From: Azolla caroliniana
Taxonomy: Eukaryota > Plantae > Polypodiophyta
DNA length: 12,529 bases
Assembly: GCA_043228905.1 (NCBI GenBank)
Contig: JBHGNT010001054.1
Coordinates: 1-12,529 of the forward strand
Direction of reading: 5' to 3'
The position numbers and the translations under genes are program-made. The notes below the pieces were generated by a model, which was given only the letters and a program-made list of their open reading frames with translations, was not told where the DNA came from and searched no databases. Shown one piece after another: positions 1 through 8,829 of this stretch (position 1 is the first letter of the stretch; each line of letters opens with the position of its first letter).

Positions 1-1115
1 ATCAGGTACACTGTCGTCTACAACGCCTCAGCCCAAAATTCCAGCTTCAGTCCGGCTTGTTGGAGCATTGTCGTCACCCTCTCCTGGATCATCCTATTGA
101 TCCATTCTGTCACTCCATTTTGCATGGGTGTATAGGGAATGGTCTTTTGGTGTCGAATCCCTTTTTCGAATAGGTATTGTTTGAAGGTTTTGGAGGTGTA
201 CTCACCTTCGTTGTTGGATCGGAGTGTCTTCACTCTGTATCCCGACCGGTTCTCCACTTCAGATATCCATCGAGTGAAGAACTCGAGTGCTTCATCTTTG
301 GACTTGATGGAGTATGCCCAAACTTTCCGTGTACAGTCATCTACGAATGTGATGAAGTACCGGGAGCCTCCTAGTGATCGCTCTAGCATGGGCCCACATA
401 TGTCTGTGTGGACGAGCTCTAGGGGTTGTCGTACCATCTCGTAGTGGAGAGAGTGCGGACTTCGGGTCTGTTTCCCATATCGACAATGCTCGCAAAAGTC
501 CGTCTTTGCTTGGAGTTTTGGAATGTAGTCGACCGACATCAGCCGATCAAGTCCAGCTTGAGACATGTCGCCAAGTCGTCCATGCCATAAGTTCGGGTCG
601 GTTTTCTCGGCTACGTTCACGGCCAATTTTGAGGTTTCCTCGGCTGATCACCCATGTCGACTCTTGTAGAGTCGTTCGATACCCATCTTCGGCTAACATG
701 CCGATGGAGACCAGACTCCTCTTTAGATCGGGTACATGCCGAACTTGGTGCAGGGTTATTGTGTTGCCATTTGGCAATTTGATGGGAACCTCCCTGGTTC
801 CGACTATCTTGCACTCTTGCCCGTTTCCCAGTCGAACTGTGTCGCTGGCGTCGGTTGAATAGTTTGAGAACCATTCAACGTTGGGGGTCATGTGAAATGT
901 GGCACTAGATTTTAGTAGCCACGTGTGTGCAACTTGTGCATTGTAGAGGACTTCTCCGTTCATTGAATCCTCTAGGGAGAGGATTTCTCCGGATCGGGTG
1001 TTGGCAACATTGATTTGGTTGCCGACTGGGGAGTGGTCCGAGTCGGAACGTCCCCAATTCCGCTCGGATCGCCAACCACTCTCTTTTCATTTTATTGACC
1101 AGCAGTCGGAAACGT
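1..1115 (-). pseudogene. Copia A gag C-terminus, aspartic protease and integrase remnant
   Basis: NVSDCW completes the knuckle. WLLKSSATFHMTP is a decayed WxxDSGAxxHM protease motif. LWHGRLGDM...CEHCRYGKQ is the HHCC zinc finger, and LELVHTDICGP, YFITFVDD and TPMQNGV...FWAEAL are the integrase core. There is a frameshift near 620 and in-frame stops (e.g. 18-20). Confidence 0.95.
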
Positions 1116-1395
1116 TGTCGTGAAGATCCGTAACTACGCGCGGATCGTGAGGCGGAACCGTCGGGGTTCTGGACCGGAAGGATTCAAAGTCGGTACAAGC
1201 TTTGGCGCAAGCTTTAGCGAGAAAGTACTTAAGATAGATTGGGAAAGAGAGAAGTTGAGATTACACGATTGAGAGAGATTGATTGAACTTTTAATTTTAG
1301 ATTTAAGAAACAAGTTACACGATCAATTTGATAACGAATTTCTTCCTCTTAATTTTCATAAAAAAAAAACGTGTTTTTTCTCCTCCCCCTTCCTT

Positions 1396-1404
1396 CTTTT
1401 ATAG
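1396..1404 (-). promoter_or_regulatory. TATA box of the putative solo LTR
   Basis: Plus-strand cttttatag reads CTATAAAAG on the minus strand; a CATG-rich tract (1412-1542) lies upstream of it in that orientation. Confidence 0.5.
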
Positions 1405-1576
1405 ATGCTCTCATGCATATGATGCATGTGAGGGTACAAGACATGCATAAATTGCATGTTTGCCATTTGGCGCTTATGTATTACATGTGGTGCATGATAA
1501 CCATGTCACTCATTTTAGCTCTCATGTATGAGAATTTACATGTAAAAGTACAATGATAGAAATATAATTTCAACTA

Positions 1577-1648
1577 AATAGCATGGCTTAATGGTAAGCC
1601 AATTGATTCCTAACTTGGAGGTGCAAGGTTCGAATCCTTCCTTGCCCT
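1577..1648 (+). pseudogene. tRNA-like / tRNA-derived Pol III module (Arg-CCT-like anticodon loop), not a functional tRNA
   Basis: A-box TGGCTTAATGG (1584-1594) with a D-arm hairpin GGCTTA-ATGG-TAAGCC; loop TT-CCT-AA (1607-1613); variable region AGGTG; T-arm AAGG-TTCGAAT-CCTT with B-box GGTTCGAATCC (1627-1637). Acceptor and anticodon stems pair poorly. Confidence 0.75.
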
Positions 1649-1651
1649 CCT

Positions 1652-1695
1652 TGTATATGGTATATATGTATATATATTTATATATTTATTTATCT
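1652..1695. repeat. Degenerate (TA)n / TATT low-complexity tract
   Basis: tgtatatggtatatatgtatatatatttatatatttatttatct. Confidence 0.8.
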
Positions 1696-1696
1696 A

Positions 1697-1806
1697 GTCG
1701 TCGGACGTCGGTTCGTCGGATGTCGTCGGTTACCGGTGCCTCGCCGGATGCCCTCGCCGGATTGTCGTCGGATGCCGGTGTCTCACTGGCTCCATCGCCG
1801 GTCCGG
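1697..1806. repeat. CpG-rich short imperfect repeats (TCGTCGGA / CTCGCCGGAT)
   Basis: Recurrent tcgtcgg and tcgccgg units, including the tandem cctcgccggatgc-cctcgccggat, in an otherwise AT-rich insert. Confidence 0.7.
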
Positions 1807-2139
1807 TTTTGGTTGGCCAAAACCCTTTTCTATGCTCCACACATAGACACAAAGATAATATCTTTTGCTCCACCTTATATATGATGAGAGCCGTATTTGT
1901 CATGCCTATGTGGGATATCTCACAATTTTCTCTTTTCCTTTCACAAACTTTATACCCTCATATCTTGACATTTAGTTGTTCATTTCTCGTGTAATAAAGT
2001 GCATTCGAAACCTCCATCATTTTGTACTTAGATATTAAATTTATTTAAAATGTTATCTTCACAATTATTGTACTATGTGATTCATACTCGATTTCGTACG
2101 TTTTATGGGATTTTCACACTATTGCCGAAAATCTTCACA

Positions 2140-2909
2140 ACGTTGTGGCCAGCTTTCCTGCAGTGTGTGCAGTACTCACTTGTTCGGCCCGTTCTCGACT
2201 TCGACCACTGTCAGTGACCCCTTGTTTTCGATCGATTGTAGCGTCAACTGATTCTGTCAGCTTGTTCTTTCGTTCGACTCTGTCGGTTGAACTACTCGGT
2301 CGAGTGATGGGCTTCTGCCGACTCATCGATGGTTAGTCCCATCGATTTTTGCCTAATGTCTTCTTTGAGGACTTGGCCGGTTGTTTCATCCAAATTCAGG
2401 ATCGTTCGGCTATTGGCGTATGTCGTACAGAATACCTCCCAACTCGCCGGCAAGATCAATAGGAGGGCAAAGGCTTTCACTTCTTCTTTGAAGTTGATCC
2501 CTTGGGACGAGAGCTCTGACAACACTCGGCTGAAGGTGTTGATGTGGAAGGTTGCCGGATCGGTCTCTTTCATCTTCATGTTGAACAGTTGTTTGATCAA
2601 GATAAGTTTTGAAGATGAAGACTTCTTCTCATATACGGCTTGTAATTTCTCCCACAATGAGAACGTTGTCGTCTCTTCTGCCATGCTGAAATAGACGTTT
2701 TGAGCAAGATGCATTCGGATGGTGGAGCATGCTATTTCGTCCATTGATCTCCACTCTTATGTTGTCATCGAAGCAGGCTTTTCATTATGTTGAATGGCTT
2801 TGACCTATCTTCGGATAATCCGCACATCCTGCATCATCTCTTTCCACAGGGCAAAGTTTTTGCCGTCGAACTTTCTAATTTCAACTCCTATTCCAAATGT
2901 TGAAGCCAT
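2140..2909 (-). pseudogene. Copia A gag remnant up to the split zinc knuckle
   Basis: The ATG at 2909 gives MASTFGIGVEIRKFDGKNFALWKEMMQD... The ORF 2292-2744 (STIRMHLAQNV...LWEKLQAVY...LLILPASWE) is copia gag-like. The frame continues through stops to CTHCRKAGHNV at ~2172-2140. Confidence 0.93.
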
Positions 2910-2997
2910 ATTCTTTCTATGGATTTGATGTTTCTGACCTGGTCTTTTCTTTCAGCTTCTTCTTCTGTTATCTGTTGCCGCCACACAGCAGAACACA

Positions 2998-3009
2998 ACT
3001 CTGATACCA
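2998..3009 (-). promoter_or_regulatory. Primer binding site complementary to initiator tRNA-Met
   Basis: Minus strand reads TGGTATCAGAGT (canonical TGGTATCAGAGC), 2 nt downstream of the LTR end ...CCAACA. Confidence 0.93.
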
Positions 3010-3011
3010 CT

Positions 3012-3305
3012 TGTTGGTGAATGTCGATAGTTATGCGGAAGTGTGTGTTTGGATCTTATGGTTATGAACAACAAACAACATACACAAAAGATAGAGAAGG
3101 CAGATATAGACTTACACAATTGCAAGCTTTAATGGAAAGCTTCTTATTTCTGCACAATGCGTTTTTCTCTCTCAAGGATTACAATCGTCTTTCTTCGTCA
3201 TCCATTACAATGTTAGGTATTCTCTTATATACTAAGCCCTAACTTATTGTCAAGTTCACACTCGGATGGATACAAGGTGGAAGGAGTTGGCCTTTTATGC
3301 CAACA
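3012..3305 (-). repeat. 5' LTR of copia A (294 bp)
   Basis: The ends TGTTGG (3305) and CCAACA (3012) form a 6-bp inverted repeat. TATATAAG lies on the minus strand at 3224-3231. The PBS is adjacent, and unrelated gypsy RT starts immediately outside. Confidence 0.88.
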
Positions 3306-3790
3306 TACACTGAGTACGAAATGCAATTTTCCACTCATCTCCCAGTCAAATTCAAACAAGATTATATGCACCCCTTAGATCAATTTTGGTAAAAGGCTTT
3401 GCCCCACCAATGCGTTCGAAGAGACTTGAGATTAAAGGTAGAGCATACCTATTCCTTATGCTGACTTTATTTAAGCCTCGATAGTCCACGACCAAACGAA
3501 GGGAGTCATCCTTTTTCTTTGCAAAAAAGATAGGAGCACCACCTAGAGACTTTGAATGTTGAGTAAACCCATGTGCAAGATTTTCCTCGATGTATTCTCG
3601 AAGAACCTCAAGCTCAGTGGGTGATAAATTGTAAATCAGACCCCGTGGTGGCTCTTTTCTTGGTTGGAGATCAATAGCACAATCGTACGGCCAATGCTTT
3701 GGAAGAACACTAGCTTTGACTTTGTCGAAAACATCAGCATAGTCTTGATATTTTTTGAGAATTTGGATGTCTCAATTCCCTTGAATGGCA
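3306..3790 (-). pseudogene. Ty3/gypsy (Tf2/Tcn1-like chromovirus type) reverse transcriptase N-terminal fragment
   Basis: Manual minus-strand translation: KYQDYADVFDKVKASVLPKHWPYDCAIDLQPRKEPPRGLIYNLSPTELEVLREYIEENLAHGFTQHSKSLGGAPIFFAKKKDDSLRLVVDYRGLNKVSIRNRYALPLISSLFERIGGAKPFTKIDLRGAYNLV*I*LGDEWKIAFRT. Confidence 0.93.
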
Positions 3791-5950
3791 CTACTTAACG
3801 GGCTGGCCGAGAGGATGAACCAGACCATAATGGAGAAGGTCCGGAGTATGCGAGCACATGCAAGGTTACCCAAGACGTTTTGGGCTGAGGCGTTGGCGAC
3901 AACGACGTACGTGATAAACAGATCACCCTCAGTACCCTTGGACGGAGACATGCCGCACAGAGTGTGGATCGGTAAGGAAGTGTCTTATTGGCATCTGAAG
4001 GTGTTCGGGTGTCTCGCTTACGTGTATGTTGCAAAGGACTGGAGAGCAAAGTTGGATCCAATGTCCCGGCCTTGCATATTCCTCGGATACGGCGATGATG
4101 AGTTCGGCTACCGACTGTGGGATCTCATCGACAAGAAGGTTTTCCGGAGTCAAGATATTATCTTCATGGAGGACAAGACCCTTGCCGACTGGGAGTCGCA
4201 GAAGAAGATAATGAACTCTGAGTCAACCAGTAAGGATCGGTTCGATGAGATTCGGACCTACCCGGCTAAGATCCGGTTGACACTTGAGGAACCGGTTGGT
4301 TACGGTGAGGATACGGAACCAGCAAAAGAAGAAGTAGAGGAAGCTAAAACCGGAACCGGCCAAGACCCCGAATCAGATTCGGATGAAGAACAAATAGAGA
4401 AGCCCGTTGCAGAGAGAAGGGCCTCTCGGAGATTTCCGGATGCAGAGCATGTGTTGCTGACCAATGAGGTGGAGCTAGAAAGCTTCGAAGAAGTGAAGGA
4501 TGACACCCATAGCCACAAGTGGTTGAGTGCCATGTAGGACGAGATGGATTCCCTGCATGAGAACCACACGTATGAATTGGTGGAGTTGTCGAAAGGAAAG
4601 AGGGCACTCCAGAACAAGTGGGTGTACAAGCTGAAACCAGGAGATGCCGGTAACCCCCCAAGATACAAAACCAGGATCGTGGTGAAGGGGTTCCAACAAA
4701 AGAAGGGCGTACACTTGGATGAGATATTTGCCGCGGTAGTAAAGATGACTTCCATCCGGACGGTGCTAAGTATAGTGGCAAGCATGGACCTCGAGGTAGA
4801 GCAGTTAGACGTGAAGACGGCGTTCCTCCACGGCGACCTCAAAGAGGAGATATGCATGCAGCCGCCGAAGGGATTTGTGTAGAAAGGGAAGGAGCACCTG
4901 GTTTGCCGGTTGAAAAAGAGCCTCTACGGTTTGAAGCAGGCTCCACGGCAATGGTACCAGAAGTTCGACTCCTTCATGACGAATCAAGGATACCATAAGA
5001 CGCAGGCCAATCATTGCATGTTTGTGAAGAAGTTTGAAGATGGAGACTTCCTGATACTCCTCCTGTACGTGGACGACATGTTGATCGTCGGATGAGACCA
5101 AGTCAAGATACAGATGCTGAAGAAGGCCTTGAACTGGACCTTTTCAATTAAAGACTTGGGTCCAGCAAGACAGATATTGGGGATGCATATCATCCAGGAC
5201 TGGTCAACAAAGCAATTGTGGCTGTCACAGGAAAAGTACGTGACAAAGGTGCTTCAGCGGTTCAACATGTCGGACGCGAAACCGGTCGGATCGACACTTC
5301 CGGCAAACTACAAGCTATCCGGTAAGCAAAGCCTGAAGACGAAGGTAGAGAAGGCGAATATGATGAAGATACCATATGCCTCTACCGTCGGGAGTTTAAT
5401 GTACGCAATGGTGTGTACCCGACCGGATATCGGATACACAGTCAGAGTGGTGAGTCGGTTTATGAGCAATCCTGACTAGGAGCACTGGAATGCGGTAAAA
5501 TGGATACTTTGGTACTTGAAAGGCACCTCAAGTATGTGTCTCTGATTCGGCTCTGGTAAACCACAACTTGACGGTTTCACCGATTCGGATATGTCGGTTG
5601 ATGCGGATACCAGCCGGTCAACATCGGGATATGTTATGACATATGCAGGGGGAGTTGTTTCGTGGCAGTCGAGATTGTAGAAGACGGTTGCGTTGTCAAC
5701 CACGGAGGCGGAGTACATGGCGGCCGTGGAAGCCGGCAAGGAAATACTATAGATGAAGGACTTCATCGAAGAGCTAGGGATTCGGCAAGAGGAATACTGG
5801 CTCTATTGCGACAATCAAAGTGCCATCCACCTTGCAAAGAACGTAGTGTATCATTCCAGGACGAAGCACATCCAACGGAGGTACCACTGGATTCGGGAGC
5901 GAGTGGAAGAACGAGAGTTCGTGCTGACGAAGATCCACACGGAGTAGAAT
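3791..5950 (+). pseudogene. Ty1/copia element B pol remnant (integrase C-half, RT, RNase H), Tnt1-like
   Basis: Integrase: LNGLAERMN...FWAEAL...LKVFGC...AKLDP...CIFLGY. RT: KGFQQKKG, QLDVKTAFLHGDL, KKSLYGLKQAPRQWY, LLYVDDML, YASTVGSLMYAMVCTRPDI. RNase H: [25 protein letters not shown]...RTKHI. Many in-frame stops; truncated at the 5' end. Confidence 0.97.
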
Positions 5951-5983
5951 GGGGGTTTGTTAGGATTCCGGTCCCTCCGGATG

Positions 5984-6058
5984 GGATGACGAAGGCCCAG
6001 TGAGAACCGGATGATGAAGGCCAGGTGAGAACCGGATGTTGCAAGCCCGGTGAGAACC
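5984..6058 (+). repeat. 3 x 25-bp tandem repeat in LTR U3
   Basis: ggatgacgaaggcccagtgagaacc / ggatgatgaaggccaggtgagaacc / ggatgttgcaagcccggtgagaacc. Confidence 0.9.
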
Positions 6059-6145
6059 TCTCACCAGATGAAGGGACATATATGTAAATATGTTCCAGAG
6101 AGCCCACAGGGGCTATATTTGTAAATATCCTGAAAGTCATATTAG

Positions 6146-6152
6146 TATAAAT
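6146..6152 (+). promoter_or_regulatory. TATA box in copia B LTR
   Basis: TATAAAT downstream of the U3 tandem repeats. Confidence 0.55.
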
Positions 6153-6242
6153 ATGACCTAGGGCAAATAGGCGAAGTGTGTGTTGTCATTATTTTGTATA
6201 GTATTATTTGGTGTAACTGTTTACAGAGTGTAGCAAAGAGAA

Positions 6243-6264
6243 AGAGAGAGAGAGAGAGAGAGAG
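6243..6264. repeat. (AG)11 microsatellite
   Basis: Uninterrupted AG run. Confidence 0.9.
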
Positions 6265-6544
6265 TAAGTCTCTGTTGTAACCGCTGTTAGGTGAAGTGTG
6301 TGAGGACGAGTTCGTTGCCTTTGTGTTCCTCATTGTATTCTCCTACACATAGTGATAGTTTGGAGTCTGTGGGCTCCCGTGGTTTTTTCTCGTTTAGGGT
6401 TTTCCACGTTAACATCCTGTGCATTCTCTGTCTGTGTTTTGTGTATACGTGCATCTATCCCCATATTCCCCTTTTTTTGTGTTTGATTATCATCAAGTGA
6501 TCTAAGTCTCGGTTGTGGCCGAAGATTATTCCACATATTCTCGT

Positions 6545-8490
6545 CAGACGTCTCATCAAGAATGGTTCCAAGACTTACGAGAGCCAGATCGACCCGGCTA
6601 TGTTGAAACCGGAGACGACACTACTCATTCGATTCCCCATATCGGCAATGTCCCATTCGGGAAAGACGTCAAACAAACTTGCATAAAAAATGTCTTGCAT
6701 TTACCGACCATAACGAAGAATTTGGTCTCGGTCAGCCAAATTGTTGAGCAAGGCATGCAAGTTCGATTCAACCATGGTGGTTGTTTCATCAAAAAAGAGG
6801 GCCCACTCATCACTCATGGTCGAAGGGAAGGTCGAATGTTTATCCTCGAGTTGATTGAAATGAAATCCTCCATGTTTGCAAAGGGACTCAAAGCCGACAG
6901 TAACATAGAGCTATGGCATAAAAGAATCGGCCATATCAATCTAAACAAACTCAAGGCGATGCAATCAAAAGGAGTCGCCATCGGGCTCCCGACCTTCAAA
7001 GAGAAAGAGATTGAAGGAGTATGTGAAGCATGCCAATTTGGCAAGCAACATCGGCACCCGTTCTCGAAGGAGAGGAACGTAAGCAAAGGCCTATTAGACG
7101 TAGTCCAATCAGATGTGTGGGACCGGCACAGACGGTCACATTCGGAGGATGTCAATACTATGTTACCTTCATCATCGAATTCTCTAGATACACATGGATC
7201 TTTCCCATGAGGTTGAAGAGGGAAGTGTTTAAACAGTTCCAAAAATTCAAAGCGAAGTCGAAAAGGCAATTGACCGTCATGTACGATGTATGCGATCAGA
7301 CGAAGGAAAGGAATACTTCTTAGATGCATTCACGGCATACCTTTGCCAAGAAGGAATTCGGCGAGAATTCACTTGCCGACACACACCGTAACAGAACGGT
7401 GTAGCCGAACACAAGAATTAGAATATCCTCGAAGTAGCAAGGGTGATGTTGAACAAGAAGCATATGCCCAAGTCATATTGGGCAGAAGCTACAAATACCG
7501 CCATCTACCTCATGAACCGGTGCACAACATTGGGAGTGCACGAGGTCACCCCGCACAAGAAATAGTATGGGAAGAAACCAGATCTATCCCATGTAAGGAT
7601 ATTCGGCTCCATTGCATATGTGCACATCCCCAACGAAAAGTGACAAAAGCTAGATCCCAAGTCAGAGAAATGTATCCCTATAGGATACTCACTGGAGCAA
7701 AAGGGGTACAAATGCTTCAACCCCTCTACACGGAAGGCTTGTGTAAGTCGAGACATCGTCTTCGACAAATTGGCATCATGGTACGAACCGGAGCCAACTC
7801 CTCCCAAACCATTTCCAGTGGACCCGAACTTGGCCAACCAAGAGATAGAAGAAGAAGATCGAGTAAGGCATATATTCGAAGAAAGTCTGATCACGACGTG
7901 GCTCAGTGGGCCACAAGAGCTCCTGAGCAACCAAAGCACATCTCGGTCGAGTCCAAAGATGAACAAAGGGAAGGCCAAAATGCTGAAATATGAAGATGAT
8001 CAATTTGACCACAATGAATCAACTCACTCACTCGACAGTGAGTTTGGTGGCATTGATGTGCTTCTTATGAGGTCACCCGGAGTTAAGAAGGCACTTACAT
8101 CTGCAAATGAGAAACTTCATCGCTCCACCCGAGAGAAGAATCTAATTAGCCGATTCGGCTACAACGACTATATGGCATATCACTATGCCTTTATGATGAA
8201 GGTGGCAGCAGATCATGAACCGGAGAGCTTTGCTGAAGCCACTAAGGATCCACGATGGGTTGAAGCAATGAACGAGGAGATGGGGGCACTATGCAAGAAC
8301 AAAACATGGGATCTCGTTTCCCACTTACCATGCAAAAAAACGATTGGTTGCAGATGGATTTACAAGGTGAAGTATAATGCCGATAACTCTGTCAATCACC
8401 ACAAAGCCTGACTCATAGAGAAAGGATACGCACAAACACCTGGAGTCAACTATGTAGAGACCTTTGCCCGGTGACAAAGATGAAGACTGC
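6545..8490 (+). pseudogene. Ty1/copia element C pol remnant (protease C-part, GAG-pre-integrase, integrase, RT start)
   Basis: Motifs: TSHQEWF...VETGD...NVLHLPTITKNLVSVSQ; LWHKRIGHIN...CEACQFGKQHR; VQSDVW/GPAQ...YYVTFI (frameshift ~7120); QNGVAE; IFGSIAYVH; KLDPKSEKCI; EPESFAEA...WVEAMNEEM...TWDLV...WIYKVK. Ends at the ETFAPVxKMxT motif. Multiple frameshifts and stops. Confidence 0.95.
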
Positions 8491-8829
8491 AGTAAGGACC
8501 GGTGAGCTGGGGAGCCGGTATGCCGGATCCAATCCGTAACTGGAAGCCTAGTATAGGTTAGACTACTAGGTAGTTATAGTCTCGTAGTTAGTGTCAGAAG
8601 CTCGTGTGAGCATTGAAGTACACCGTACTTCTAACAGTCCCGTGTGGACTTGTATAAATAGCGTTGATGAGCGCGTTGTATAGAGAGAGGAAAAAACAGA
8701 GTAAAGAGTACTCATATAATTTTGAAAAATAGTGTGTCCTGCTCTCTCTCTCTCTCTCTCTCTCTCCCGGGTACTCTCTCTCTCTCTGTGTATTGTTCTT
8801 TCTAACGCTTCCGCAAGCAATCTTTCACA
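8491..8829 (+). mobile_element. Probable solo LTR (~340 bp) with non-matching flanks
   Basis: A non-coding block replaces the RT core. It starts AGTAAGG (TGTAAGG-like) and ends TCTTTCACA, with TATAAATA at 8653-8660 and a (CT)n tract. No target-site duplication is visible. Confidence 0.6.
8742..8787. repeat. Interrupted (CT)n microsatellite
   Basis: Two CT runs separated by ccgggta. Confidence 0.9.

Larger units (their letters stand above)
1116..2139 (-). mobile_element. ~1.02 kb non-coding insertion, probable solo LTR
   Basis: The direct repeat AACGTTGT lies at 1111-1118 and 2139-2146; removing one copy plus the insert restores CTHCRKAGHNVSDC. Minus-strand ends read TGTGAAGAT...ATCTTCACGACA (TG...CA, shared GTGAAGAT inverted repeat) with ACGT duplicated. 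A minus-strand CTATAAAAG lies at 1396-1404. Confidence 0.8.
1..3305 (-). mobile_element. Ty1/copia LTR retrotransposon A (5' part; degenerate, interrupted by an insertion at 1116-2139, continues beyond window start)
   Basis: Minus-strand order is LTR (TGTTGG...CCAACA), PBS, gag, CCHC knuckle, protease, GAG-pre-integrase, integrase core. Protease followed directly by integrase is the copia domain order. Confidence 0.95.
5958..6495 (+). repeat. Probable 3' LTR of copia B (~540 bp)
   Basis: Starts TGTTAGG after a residual GGGGG purine run following RNase H. Contains TATAAAT at 6146-6152 and an (AG)n tract. The candidate end ...TTATCATCA at 6495 is less certain. Confidence 0.7.

Noticed and set aside
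139-862. Plus-strand ORFs 139-444 and 374-862 as genes
   Set aside because: They are antisense shadows of copia A pol.
1577-1648. Functional tRNA-Arg(CCT) gene
   Set aside because: The acceptor and anticodon stems do not pair properly; only the D arm, T arm and boxes are intact.
4300-5766. Minus-strand ORFs (4300-4857, 4805-5101, 5476-5766 etc.) as genes
   Set aside because: They are antisense shadows of copia B RT/RNase H.
5984-6058. CRISPR-like array
   Set aside because: The units are contiguous with no unique spacers, there are no cas genes, and the context is a eukaryotic LTR.
7286-7993. 235-aa ORF as an independent gene
   Set aside because: It is an off-frame reading over the copia C integrase; the conserved motifs lie in another frame.
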